From: Microthyrium microscopicum
Lineage: Eukaryota
Direction of reading: 5' to 3'
DNA: 64,000 bases
Assembly: GCA_010405405.1 (NCBI GenBank)
Contig: MU004234.1
Coordinates: 2,639,697-2,703,696, forward strand
Part shown: one piece after another, positions 48,575-61,778 of the stretch
Numbering within the stretch: position 1 is the stretch's first letter
Layout of the letters: each line of letters opens with the position of its first letter
The notes under the pieces: model-generated
The model's database searches: none
Told to the model about the DNA's origin: nothing
What the model saw: the letters and a program-made list of their open reading frames with translations, nothing else
Made by a program: the position numbers and the translations under genes

Positions 48575-49792
48575 TCATTCTTGAAGTCTCCACTCGCCCT
48601 GACGACTGATAAGTGTGCCCAGGTCGAGCTCATCGCTGCTTGAATCAATTGTCTCTGCGTCAACCAAGACTCGCCTGCTTGTCTTCAGACTCGGGAGTTC
48701 GTCCCATGCTGGCATTACCTCAAACTCGAACAAAGCGAAATGAGTTATCGTACCGCATAAGTGATTTACGCCTTTCGTGACCCATTCTGCTGCACAATGG
48801 AGCTTTGCCAGGTAGTGATCAGTGAGTTCCAAGTCCTCGATGATCTTTTCAGTCAAAGCGTTGGCCTCTTCCAAGAGCCGCTGAAGTGAATTAGTATCGT
48901 ACTTTCCAAAGATAGGCATAGTTCTTACCTTGTCCCATAGAGCACGAGACTGATTATTGCCCGTGTTTGATCTGTGACGCTTCTGGGAACTAGATGTACT
49001 CGATTGTGCTTGAAGGGCTCGCTTATTTCCTTTGCTAATTTGCCTGAGCTCTTCCCAGGATTTTGATACGATGGTCTGCTTTGCCTTCTTCTCGTTGAGT
49101 GTGCGCTCAAATCCGTCCAGAAGGTTTCGACTCATTCGAGCGCATCGCTCGCGAAGCTCGGGACAATCCATTCGCGCAGCTAGGTTACAAAGGTTACACA
49201 TCTGGTCAACGACTTTAGCTTCCAATTGCTGTAACCGTATTTCATTTCCCACTCCTTAGTTGTATATTTCAGAAGAGGTTCCATATTAGCTTTCAGAGTG
49301 GGATTTGCAATACCGACCTTGTAGTGTTAGTGACTATCGCACTGTTTATACTATTCATCATTGAAACTCACGACACTTTTCTTGAGAACGTCAACCTCGT
49401 CATCTACTGCGGGTATCCCGGCTGGATCCATGTAGTACTCTTTGTCCATCTCTTTGCTGTAAGTCTTGCTCTGTCCGTCTGATCCCTTCAAAGTCACTTC
49501 GTCGCTCTTTATGAATCTGTTGGGATAAGACTGCTCGATGTGTAAACCAGCCATATTTGTCTTGGCAAGGAACTGTTGGAATAGCTGTAGGCTGGCTTGA
49601 ACGATGTCTCGATCCACATATTCTGAATCGGAAGTCTGTGTGGTAGTGAAGCTTGCCTCGTCACTAGACTCTGAAGATGATACAGAAAGGAAGATGTCTT
49701 CGTCAAGAAAGATGACCTTAACATTGGAAGCCTGAGTTCGGAGCTATCAGCCGCTCATAAATTGAAAAGATTCATCAAGAAGGCCTCACCAT
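48575..49792 (-). CDS. Orphan multi-exon hypothetical protein ('C'); exon structure uncertain (possible 4-nt microexon, or pseudogene)
   Basis: ATG-only exon 49792-49790, intron 49789-49732, exon 49731-49372, intron 49371-49318, putative GTCG exon 49317-49314, intron 49313-49255, then ORF to 48575 with a probable in-frame 48-nt intron at 48928-48881. Confidence 0.5.
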
Positions 49793-50496
49793 TACTGTGG
49801 ATGGCTTTCGATATAGGCTGAAGCCCTCTGAAGCTGTGAATACCGAACAGGGGGATGTTCTGGCTCAATTCTGACATAGGCCGAGTTAGTACTCAATTAA
49901 GTTAATTGTGACACGCGGCCAGGGTCAAAAAGCGTTGAACTTACAAATGTAATTGTGATCATGGATGTAGTGGAGATGAAGAAGGATGCAGATGATCAAG
50001 TTTAGCGAAAGAAATATACGAAATCTTCACCAGACAGTGCAAATTCTTCTGCACAACAGATGACTCTCAGTCTTTGATGTACATCCTAGCGTAGAAAGAA
50101 GGCAGTCAAAATCTCTGATCATTTGATTATGAACTCATCAGAGCGGAACGAGAAAGGAGACGACTGCCAGATAGGGTATGTGACTGCAGTGGAATCTTTG
50201 GTCTCTATTGCTCACCACGGTAAGAGAAACACTTTCAACGAAGGCCTTGACGATAATGAAGATTTACTAAAGTAATAGCAGAGGAGCGATGATAGGTAAG
50301 TGATTAACTGAAGGTTATCTTCCTGACATTCACCAGTTTTGCTTGGCCATAAACATAATGAGGCGTACCGCAGGTTTTAGCTATTAATATTGCGAGCATA
50401 TCTACTCCGAAATGTGATACAAAGAGTGATTTAACAACTACAAGTACTCGACGGTCAATTATCTTCCTACATCGTTCGGATATCCATCCATAGTCA

Positions 50497-51695
50497 TCAC
50501 ATCATCTCAGTATCACCGTCGTCCGCTGCAATTGCATCGTCCGTTCCTGCTATAGGACCTGGGAGCGTCCACCCGTTTAGCTCCGAAGCAAGCCACTTGT
50601 CAATGGTCTTTTCGATAGCATGGGCATAACCGACCAGCTTGCAGATGATATCTTTCCAAACATCCCACAATTTTGGCCGGCTGAAAGCTGCGATGCTAAG
50701 TACTTCTACTGGATCAACTGGGACACCGGTATTGTAAGGGGAACTTCCCTTGGAGATCTTGGACATCTTGATATACAGGTATCTGAAGAACTCGGTCTGT
50801 TCTGGCGTTTCATTCCCATGTAATGATGGCCAGATACCATTGGTCTGAAAGCGTTCTTTGATGTAATGAACACAATCAAACACTTCCCGAGCATGACACT
50901 GCTCTACAACCAGAGTCGCAGCCATTGTGTTAGTGTCCCTTTTGACAGTTTGAAGCGCATATTCCACCGCTTGAAGCTCTTTTGAAGAAATTGGGCGGGA
51001 TATTCCTGACTCTGCATTGCTTAGGCTCAATTGTGAGAAGGATATGTCAATCTCGTCTTGGGATCCGAGTGGAGGAAATTGTGACATTTCAAGCTCAAAG
51101 AATTCTGCGGCGGAGGAGATCTGCTGTTGTGCCTCGTTGATATAGTTTTGCAGCTCCATCATGAGGAGCTCGTTGGGGTGAGCCGAAGAGTCAGAGTAGT
51201 AAAGCTCGACGATCGCTCCATATTCCAGGTCGTCCTGTAGGGCAGTTATAGTGCCAGGTGCTTCCTCTTCACTTGAGATCACTGGAACATTGTAATACTG
51301 GTTGAGTACCTTGGGCAAAGGATGGAGCAAGTGAGCGATTGCTTCGAAAAGAAACTCCTGCTGGGCCGCGACTAAGTGCACAACTTTCCAGTGCTCCGTA
51401 GATCGCTTCTGACGTTGGCCGGCCACTGGGCTGGGCTTCGTTGACCTTTTCTGTCGGTACTGCCGAGCAACATGTCGACTCGTCGAATTCTTCCCGCAAT
51501 CTTGCTGAATTAGCTGAGACTTGGATGGTCGAGTATGGATTGGTAGAGTCATCTGAGCCAACTCTTTGTTTTGGCGCACTTTGCGCTGGCGGATAGGCAA
51601 ACTTGTAAGCTCTCTATGATATAGTTAGTATCCCAATATACTGGAGAATAAAGGGGAACTCACGCGAAATGCGATGGCGTCTGCTTTGGTGCCAT
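50497..51695 (-). CDS. Orphan family B, paralogue B1, ~382 aa, 2 exons
   Basis: Exons 51695-51664 and 51613-50497. MAPKQTPSHFAELTSLPIRQRK ... VLSIAAFSRPKLWDVWKD...AIEKTIDKWLA. Confidence 0.82.
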
Positions 51696-52473
51696 AGTGA
51701 CGACGGGGCAGATATATTGTTGTGTGATATAGCTGATGTGATGTTGATATAACAGTGGTTCAGAGCAATTATGGCTGAAGTCTGCGTGGTGGAGCCAAAA
51801 GAGCCCGGTTGACTGAAATTTTCCCAGTTTCTTGGACGCGGAGTAGCGGGATTGTAGTGTGGGAAGAGTAGGTTCTGGACAACAGGAACCTGGGGACGCT
51901 CGGAAGTAAAGGGAGATTCTGAACGACCGGAGTGACCCCCAGCGTCGACTTTAGGTTGTGTTGACTTCACTTCTTTGCACCTCGAATTTGTCGTTGGAAT
52001 AGATCATTCCCGAGATGCCAGTGACCGTCAGAGTAGATAGGCTTGCGTGATCCGGGTATAACTCCTCTACATAGCAACTATGGACAGAATGTCAAGAGAT
52101 TGGATGGGTTTAAGTAATGCCATCAGTGGTATTGGACACACCTTCCGCCTCGAGAAATCTGATTTTTACAATTAAGCTATATCGCTCCAAAACGATCGAA
52201 CTTTTAGCTCTCATCTGCCAATTGTGGGCTAAATGATATGATTCAAGGTATCCTATTCGAGACGAGATGAGCCTTTCTAGGTATAGGAATCTCTCGTTTG
52301 TTAAGATTCTATTTAATGGTCTACTGTGTTGATCAACTCAGCTTAGATACAAACATGCCTGGCTACAAAGAAATACCGTTTCTCTCGCAAGCGACTCCTA
52401 GATTCAATTTTCTCAAACAAAGTAATTTTCTGGCCTGACCAGTATATAACTCCTTTTCAATCGCCCTTATGCC

Positions 52474-53529
52474 CTAGAGCGATGCGAGCCAGCTATCGAC
52501 AAGTTTTTCGACCGCTGCGGCATGATCAATAAGCTTCGTCGCCGTCTCTCGCCAAAGCCTCCACAATTTCGGACGGTTGAACGCCGCAACCGCCAGAAGC
52601 TCCAGAGAGCGAGCTCGAGGACCGCTGAAAGGAGAGTCCGCGTTGGATAGGTTGACATATATAAACTTCAATAGATCAGCCGCGAGCCTACTCTCTGTCT
52701 CATCCGGCGTTTCGTCATCCAGGGGTGCCGAGACTGCACTGTTATCGAACTGTTCTTCGATAGACAATGCGGAACGCAATGCTTCAAGTAGCTGGCACTT
52801 TTCAGCAGCCAATGTGGTGGAACTGACGACAATGTCCTTTTTCAGATCTCTTAGGGTATGTTCTACAGCCAGGCGCTCTTGCAAAGGCAATGGCTGGTAA
52901 ACCGTCTCGTTGACACTCAACTTATTGAAGATGATATGCAAATCATCCTCGCTTCCTGGAACCAGAAAAGGAAGGACTTGTGGAAGCTTAGTATACAACG
53001 TAGTAAGCTTGACTTGAAATGATTCTGCTGCGATGGGAATATGCTTTTCAGCTTTGGCAACACAGTCTGGCAAATTCTCCATGATACAACTACGAATTGA
53101 CGAGGAAGAACTTCGGGGCACTGTTGACAGCCCAAATAATGATCGCTCAACCCTGATCGCCTGGTTGTTTTGATAATGGTTCCACATGTCCGGTAAGGGG
53201 ACATGCATGTCAGCGATGGTTTCTAACAATATCTGCTGCTGAGCTGCCACAAAGGCCACGAATGATCCGTGGTCGGAACGTTTTGGTCGCTTTGGTATTG
53301 AGAGTCTAGTCGACTTCTTCGGCTTTTGGGTCTTCTTGATCATTCGTTCATCTTTTCGGGAGTGTGTTGGAAGAACCGACGGAGTTATCTCTTGTTGTTG
53401 CCGGGTCTTTCTCTGCCGGATCGGCAGGTTGGTGAGGTTTCTGTTTAGAATCAGCATTATAGTAAGACGGATTAACAAGAGGGTAATGAAGACTTACGCG
53501 AAAGGCTTTGGAGATTGTCGAGGCGCCAT
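52474..53529 (-). CDS. Orphan family B, paralogue B2, ~332 aa, 2 exons
   Basis: Exons 53529-53498 and 53440-52474. MAPRQSPKPFANLTNLPIRQRK ... LLAVAAFNRPKLWRLWRE...AVEKLVDSWLA. Confidence 0.82.
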
Positions 53530-54118
53530 TCTGGAGGAGTGCAATTGGCAAGCTCGAGATTGTAATTGTGCTAATAAAGTTGGAATAAAACAATGCAAGT
53601 ACGCGTGGAACGGGAAGGTTCGGCGCAACTGTCCTGAAAAGCTTAGATGTAGCGTTTGGGAGTGTGGTGATGGTAAGATTAATGTTTGAACAATCCAAAG
53701 GCGCATTGTATATATGGGGAGTCTTCGAACATCTAGAGTAAGTTCTTGCGCCTGCTATGGTGTCAAGTGACCGTGTCAAGTTCACTTTTACGCACCTCGA
53801 AGCGTGAGGTGAAAGATCGGATTCTTTAGGTGCCATCATACCTTGTAAGCCTAGATATCTCGTAGGTAAAATTTGGTAAGCAATGCATCTCTTCTGCAAT
53901 TTGATGATAGGAGGTCAAGAAAATAAGATAATGGGAGATTATAGAAACCAGGAATCAAGGGAATGACAAAGGATAATATAAGGAACCTGGGAAAATGAGA
54001 CATCTAGAACAACAGACTGGCCGCTCCATTGCAGCCAACAAAATGCTGTGTAATAGAGTTGAGTATCCTTTCTGAAAACCTCCTGTTCGAAAATTAGGCC
54101 CTTAGCAACCTACATCAT

Positions 54119-55471
54119 TCAGATGAAATCTTTCGACTCCCTCTGTGGAGTTTGTTTTATACCTATATCATATCTCTTGCCCAATTCATGCTTAGCGGTA
54201 TGCGTTTTCGAGCCCCAAAGCGATTGTCCTTTTGCCTCCAAAGCAAGCCATTGCCTGAACGACTTTTCCACAATAGCAGCCTTCTCATCAAGCTCAATAG
54301 TCATCTCTCCCCACCGCTTCCATAGTGCTGGCCGGCTAAAGGCCGCAAGCATGACCATGTCTTTTATGGGGAGAGGCGCACCTGGGCGATGAACTGCATG
54401 CAGCTGGGCCATCTTGGTGTTTACCCATCGTTCAAACCCAGCAAAGGCTCTAATGCTTATCTCTTCTGGGCTTTCAACCTTTAGAGGGATCCAACTATTG
54501 CTGAGCTTGAATCCCCATTGGAGGATCTGCATAGACTGCAAGACGTCTTCGACATTGCTTTTCTCCAGGTCCAGCTTTTGGTGTACTAGTCGAGCTTCTG
54601 TATACATCTTCGCCAGAACCGGATTCGTAGCGAGACGATCGTGAAAAGCCATTTCCTCTGTTACAATCGTCATCCAATTCATGAAGCTTATATCCGAGAG
54701 AATATTAGTGACTTCATTCTCCTCTTTGTCAACGAACGATAAGACATTCGGTAGTGTATTTGAGATTCTTGTAAGCGTAGATCGGAGAGATCCTCGCGCA
54801 GTAAGTAAGCGTTTATTCGCTGAGCTAATCTGGTTCTGGAAATCTTCCTTGAAGCGATCATGCTTTGAAGTGTTAGAGTCCATATGATATCGTTGGAGAA
54901 TATCTTGAAGCAGTCAGTAAATTCATCTTGTTATCTTTTGCTGACACATACTGTCCAAGTCTTCCTCAAATGGTACTGCCGCGAGGTTTGGGTATAGCGC
55001 ACAAATTTCGTTCAACGACGCGAGCATCTCTTTAGTGTTCTGCGAAATGATCTTGCGCTGTATACCTGCCATTGCTATATAAGCCTCATGGTCTCGAAGG
55101 CTCTTAGGAGCTGATAGATCTGACTCGACAATCGAGATGTTGGTTGGATGACTCGAACTTTTGCCATAGCGTAAACGAAAAACCATGCTCTTGCTTTGGT
55201 GAGTTGAACGAGGCGGCTTCTCTGAGAGACTTGCATGATGATCCGGCCCTTTGCCTTGGCGTAATGGTAGAGCTATGCTCTTGTTCTGATGATTAGGAAC
55301 GGCCTTCTTCTCGTGACCTCGGAAAGGCAGCGTCATTTCCTTGTGTTGATCAATTTTGCGCTGTCGGATAGGAAGATTCATGAGGTTGCTGTGCTTAAAT
55401 TAGCATAGCATATGGATAGGCCCTGGTGTTACTACTCACGTGAACGGTGTTTCTGTCTTCTTGACTGCCAT
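54119..55471 (-). CDS. Orphan family B, paralogue B3, ~417 aa, 3 exons
   Basis: Exons 55471-55440, 55388-54952 and 54903-54119 total 1254 nt in frame. MAVKKTETPFTNLMNLPIRQRK ... MVMLAAFSRPALWKRWGE...IVEKSFRQWLA. Confidence 0.82.
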
Positions 55472-55937
55472 GGTGATAAAACCACTGGGCTATCTCAAAA
55501 TAGGGGTTTGGTTTATGATGTTTGAAACGGAGAGAGCAGTAGAGGCGTGCGCAGAACCTGGGGATGCGATGAGCTGTAGCGCAGGAGTAGATAGGAGAAA
55601 GGTTGAGAGAACTGGGAGGCGTGTTAAGGTTAAGAGAAGCCTTCGAACTTGCGAAGTGACTAGTCTAGATGTTGACCTCTATACCATTTTCAGGCATGTG
55701 CACCTCAAAAGCTGCTAGATGAAGGCACCTACCAAATGCCAGTCACTTTGAGAACAGGAGCGCTTGGTAGTCTAGAATAGAGAATCTTGCCCACCAAATA
55801 AGAGTAGAAACTCTACTGCAGAGATCAGATCATGTCCTTCATGGCGTCGTGCATATATATACTAACTACAACGAACTTCGAACTTTGCAAGCTTCGATTC
55901 AGACCTGCCATCCTGTATTGATGGCTGAGTGAGCCCA

Positions 55938-57250
55938 TCATATATCTATATCCATGTTCTCGTCTTCCATCATGTCACCGTCACTGTTGTCTCTATTCTT
56001 AGAGATCGAGCGTCCTTTTGCCGTATGGGTAATCCACATGTCAAGAGCTTTCTCGACAACACAAGCCTGCTCAGATAGCTCTTTCGTTGAGTCAGCCCAG
56101 AGTTCCCAGAGTCGGAGCTGGCCATATGCTGCGATGGTAAGGAGTAGCATCGGATCAGCTGGGGAAGAATCGTCAAGCGTGAGTAGACAAGTGGCTTTCA
56201 ATGAGAGTGACTTCAGGATTTCGCTCTGAACTCTGCGCTTGGTTTGCTCGGGCTCTTCATCCCACAGAGGAACACGGATAGCGTTGGTTTCGAATTGTTG
56301 GCTGACCGATTTGACGGTCTGCAATATATTTTCCACTTTGATATGTTCCGAGCGAAACAACTGCGAAAACCAGCTGAACGAGATCTTCAATTGCTGTAGC
56401 TTTTGACGTAATTCGGGAGCGTCTGAAGGATCTGAAGTCGATGCCTCCGCTTCTGAGACCAGTGGTGCCGTGATTCCTTCCGTGAAGGCCATGCGTTGTA
56501 AAAACTCGTGAAGATTGTCTGCGTTGAGGGAAGCAGCAGTCTTTTTTTCTGTCAAGTCCAGGCTCTGGAAGTCCTTGAGCAGATCTTCTGTAGCATGAGT
56601 CTTCAGCAGCGGAATCTCTTGGTAAAGTGTTATGATATAGGCCTGCGCTAGCATTGCGTTGAACGCAACTCGCTTGGTTTGAGATTTGACAAACGTGTCC
56701 AGGTTGTTCTGTCGCTCGTGGGGAAGGGGCGATGTAGATCCAGCATAGAATTCATCCAAGATATCTGTTATTAGTCAGTGCATAGCTTGTAGGTTACTTT
56801 GGGGCAGCAAATACTTTGCTCGTATAAGGCGGTCTCTTCTCTACCAGCCATAGCTAAAGATAGCTTCTCCCCAGTGGTAAGCATAGAAACGCTGTTATAG
56901 TGCTCGAAGACGCAGCGCAAAGGGATAAGCATCTTGGCGACGGTCGCTGATACAACCCTATGTTGAATATCTACCATGGTCATCACTGGCCATGGCCCCC
57001 GTCGTGGTGGACCTCGTCGGATCAGGGGAAGTCGTGATGGCTTGGAACCGTTGTCTACGATAGACAGGAATTTGCCCTTGCTGATTACGCGAGTCTTATT
57101 GGCTCCTGAATTGAACGAGGCACCCATTTTGCTGAGACACCCAGAGTTGGGCTTGCGGTCTTGGGGGGCTGTTTTTTGGCTAACGCGAAGTTAGCATGCT
57201 GCTAGATAACCAGCACGAGGCAATACCACGACTTACTTTGGAGGGAGCAT
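55938..57250 (-). CDS. Orphan family B, paralogue B4 (most divergent), ~401 aa, 3 exons
   Basis: Exons 57250-57237, 57179-56815 and 56764-55938 total 1206 nt in frame. PLWDEEPEQT ... LLTIAAYGQLRLWELWAD...VVEKALDMWI; same intron phases as B3. Confidence 0.78.
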
Positions 57251-58401
57251 AGGTAGATGCGTGAGAGAAGGAGTAATCTGATGCGCGTATACCCAAAGCG
57301 GGAGATTAATGTTGAGGGCGTATGTTGCGTGAAGTTGACCAAGATAGCGAATGCTGTAGTGGGTAAGGAGTGGATTGCGTGTTGTGAGATGTTGGAAGAG
57401 CTTTGAACTTGGGAAGAAGTCCTTCGAGTCTGTTGCAGTGACTTTGCAGGTGCCGAATCGTTCACTCCCCTGATGGCCACCTCAAAGCACCCAGCCTAGG
57501 ACTCTCCCGCCTATCAGTCACTGCAAGCCCAGGAGGCATCAGGCTGCCTTTCTGGTCTGGAAATTTCACCCGAACTTCTAGTGGCCAGATTTTGTATCTA
57601 CTTCATGAATCTCGGCCAGATGGAGAAACGATGACTGCATATCAGTGGAAGGATACGACAGCTACATACCTAATTTCCATCTATCGGAGGTCCACTTGCA
57701 CGAAGCAGAGGCACCGAATCGCTCGATATATGACGTTCTAAGCTAAGAAAAGGACATAGTACTTCCTGAGTAGCCATAATTAACGCTGCATATGGACACG
57801 AAGAAGGATTGAAATGTGGGTTCAAGGTGAAGTTGCGAAGCTGGGTTTGTTTACTTTTGTACACTCAGCCTATGAGGAGTCACTAGGTAGGTATATAGAG
57901 ACAATAGAGGGACACTTCATTTTAAAGCGATGAGATTTGGAAAAATTATCCAATAGGATAAAAACAGAGTATACATGTCTGCTGTATGTGATGGTGGTAC
58001 TCTGATAGTAGTGAGGGGAGCAAGCCCCTTATTTTGCCATCCTGCTGGTTTGTTTACGCCTTTAAGGGGTGGCAATCAAGACAGCTTGCGCAACTTCCAC
58101 CGATTGCTTGACCAGCGCGCATAAAAGCAGGCAGTCTTTACCAGGGAAGGAGATACAGCATATATCATCGAAGAACAAGAAAATATGTTAAGAAGAATTG
58201 TAAATTGATGGGTGTGATGTTGGGTGCAAAGTGGGTGCAAAGTGGATCCAAGAACAATGGCTTTTTGCTCATCCGCGTCTAGCCGAAAGGGGCTTTTTGG
58301 AGAGACGTCAGATGGTCCAACTCCAACAACAGTTCTCTCCCCAGATCAACTCTCATTGTCTTTACCACTTTCGGATATCATGACAATAAATCAATAGTAC
58401 A

Positions 58402-59840
58402 ATGTCCTTACGCCCAGCCACCAAGCGTTTTCTCCCGTCTCCCAGAATCCTCACCACATCCCTCAACACCACCCACCACTCCCCTAGACACCACAAACAA
58501 AGCATACGATGGAGTTCAGTATCCCAAGCACCAGGCTCAGACCGGTACGAAGCTTCTCCCTCTCAAACTCACCAATCTAACGTCTTCCCAGAGTCCACTT
58601 CCCCGGCGCAGTAAACTCCAAATTCACACCCACCCTCTCCTTCACAAACCCCTCCACCCTCCCCGCAATGCCCACCTACCGCACCATCGACGCCGACGGT
58701 CTCCTAATCGACTCCTCCCGCCCACCAATATCCGTACCCGATGATATAGTCTTGAAGATGTACACCGACATGTTAACAGTCTCCATCCTCGACCCTATAA
58801 TGTACCAAGCGCAACGCCAAGGCCGCCTATCCTTCTATATGGTCTCCTCCGGCGAAGAAGGCATCGCCGTCGGTTCCGCGTCAGCCCTCACAGCATCCGA
58901 CGTCGTCTTTGCACAATACCGTGAAGCTGGAGTATTTCAGGCGCGGGGCTTTAGTTTGGATGATTTTATGAATCAACTTTTCGCGAATCGCCTGGACGTT
59001 GGTAGGGGGCGGAATATGCCGGTACATTATGGGAGTAAGAGTTTAAATATGCATACTATCAGTTCCCCATTGGCGACGCAGATTCCGCAGGCGGCGGGCG
59101 CGGCGTATGCGCTCAAGTTGCAGCATTTGCAGAATCCGGAGAGTGTGGAGCGCGCGTGCGTGGCGTGTTATTTTGGCGAGGGCGCAGCGTCGGAGGGGGA
59201 TTTTCATGCGGCGTTGAACATGGCGGCGACGAGAGCTTGTCCGGTGGTTTTTGTGTGTAGGAATAATGGGTATGCGATTAGTACGCCGACGCTCGAGCAG
59301 TATCGGGGTGATGGGATTGCGAGTCGTGGGGTTGGGTATGGCATCCATACGATAAGAGTGGATGGGAACGATGTGTTTGCTGTGCGCGAGGTTATGCAGA
59401 GGGCAAGAGAGTTGGCGCTTGAAGGCGATATGCAGCCTGTGCTGGTGGAGGCGATGAGTTATCGCGTGAGTCATCATAGTACGAGCGATGATAGTAGCAA
59501 GTATCGGCCGAGTGGGGAAGTTGAGGCATGGAAGAGGAGGGATAATCCAATTACGAGGCTGAGGAAGTGGATGGAGAATAAGGGTCTGTGGAGCGCGGAG
59601 AAGGAGGAGCAGGCGCAGAAGGAGATTAAGAATGCTGTTATGGCGGCTTTTAATAAAGCGGAAAAGGAGAAGAGGCCAGAGTTGAGGGCGATGTTTGAGG
59701 ATGTTTATGAGGAGGTTACTGAAGAGCAAGAGGAACAGATTGAGCAGTTGAAGGATGTCATTCGACGGTATCCTGGTGAATATGATGTGGAGCAGTTTGA
59801 GGGTGGGCTTGAAGGACTAGATAAAGCTCGATCACGATAG
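58402..59840 (+). CDS. Branched-chain 2-oxo acid (2-oxoisovalerate) dehydrogenase E1 alpha subunit, mitochondrial, ~463 aa
   Basis: Exons 58402-58544 and 58592-59840. AQRQGRLSFYM, TPP motif GEGAASEGDFH...CRNNGYAIST, phosphorylation loop YRVSHHSTSDDS; presequence-like N-terminus. Confidence 0.95.
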
Positions 59841-60181
59841 ACTTGATCCTAGGGGACAACTCTCGATCCATGTGGTGGTCATTTAGATATATTTGGTCTC
59901 TTATAGTTGGCTTACAACATTGTGTATCAGCTAGCGAAGCATAGATATCCCATGAACCCAAATAATGAGAAGCAAAAGCATACTACCATGTCGCACTACG
60001 CAAACGTATGTGAAATCGAATGATAGACGGTATTGAAACATTGATTCAACATGAGCTTTCTACTACATCAAGTCATACCTCATCAAGATAGTCATCCATC
60101 CGGCCTGCTACACGCTGCTCGCAAGCCCAACGTCAATGCCGCATCTTTTCACATAACAGACTTTTCAAATACAGCAGAGAT

Positions 60182-61218
<1,037 letters not shown>

Positions 61219-61778
61219 TCAGGAGTGAAGATCTAGAGCTTGAATATCAGTGGTGGTAGTTGTGATGGAGGAAGGAGAAAGATTGTTTGGTGGGGGAAAA
61301 CAATGAGGGAAAAGAAGCTGCGGGAGCTCTGGGGCCAGGGATTTGAGAGCTTACCTGCAAGGACTGTGGGACTAGATATTGAACAGCGGAGATATATCAA
61401 ACGGATGGTCAACTGATTACACAAGAATTCTTCGAGTTTGCAAGTTGGCGGTGAAAACAATAGAAAATGGCGCAGTTTGAGGGAGAGATCAAGATGTAGA
61501 GAATGGTGACGGTGGAGGAGTGGTGGGGGGTTGACAATTGCCCCACACCTGAAACACTCCATGGACACACAATACATGTGTAAACACCTTGACAAACATC
61601 ATCTACATCTTTGCATGGCATCAGGATCAAAGATATTGATTCTAGAATGTTTCGTAATTCAATGCTGCTACCTATTGCAACCTCCTAGGTACTTGGCCTG
61701 TTCCCAACTCCATGCGATGCTGCGGTAATACAATTGTATACAAAATCTAGTATCCAAACAGTTTCCTTCATCATCTTT

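Noticed and set aside
52340..52476. B2 TAG stop as an A-to-I editing or readthrough site
   Set aside because: The downstream frame is open for a stretch but does not align with the tails of B1, B3 or B4; the conserved domain is already complete.
54884..56814. B3 and B4 as split pseudogenes
   Set aside because: Canonical introns at the same position restore both reading frames.
59043..59729. 228-aa antisense ORF within BCKDH-alpha
   Set aside because: By-product of the G/T-biased codon usage of the sense gene.
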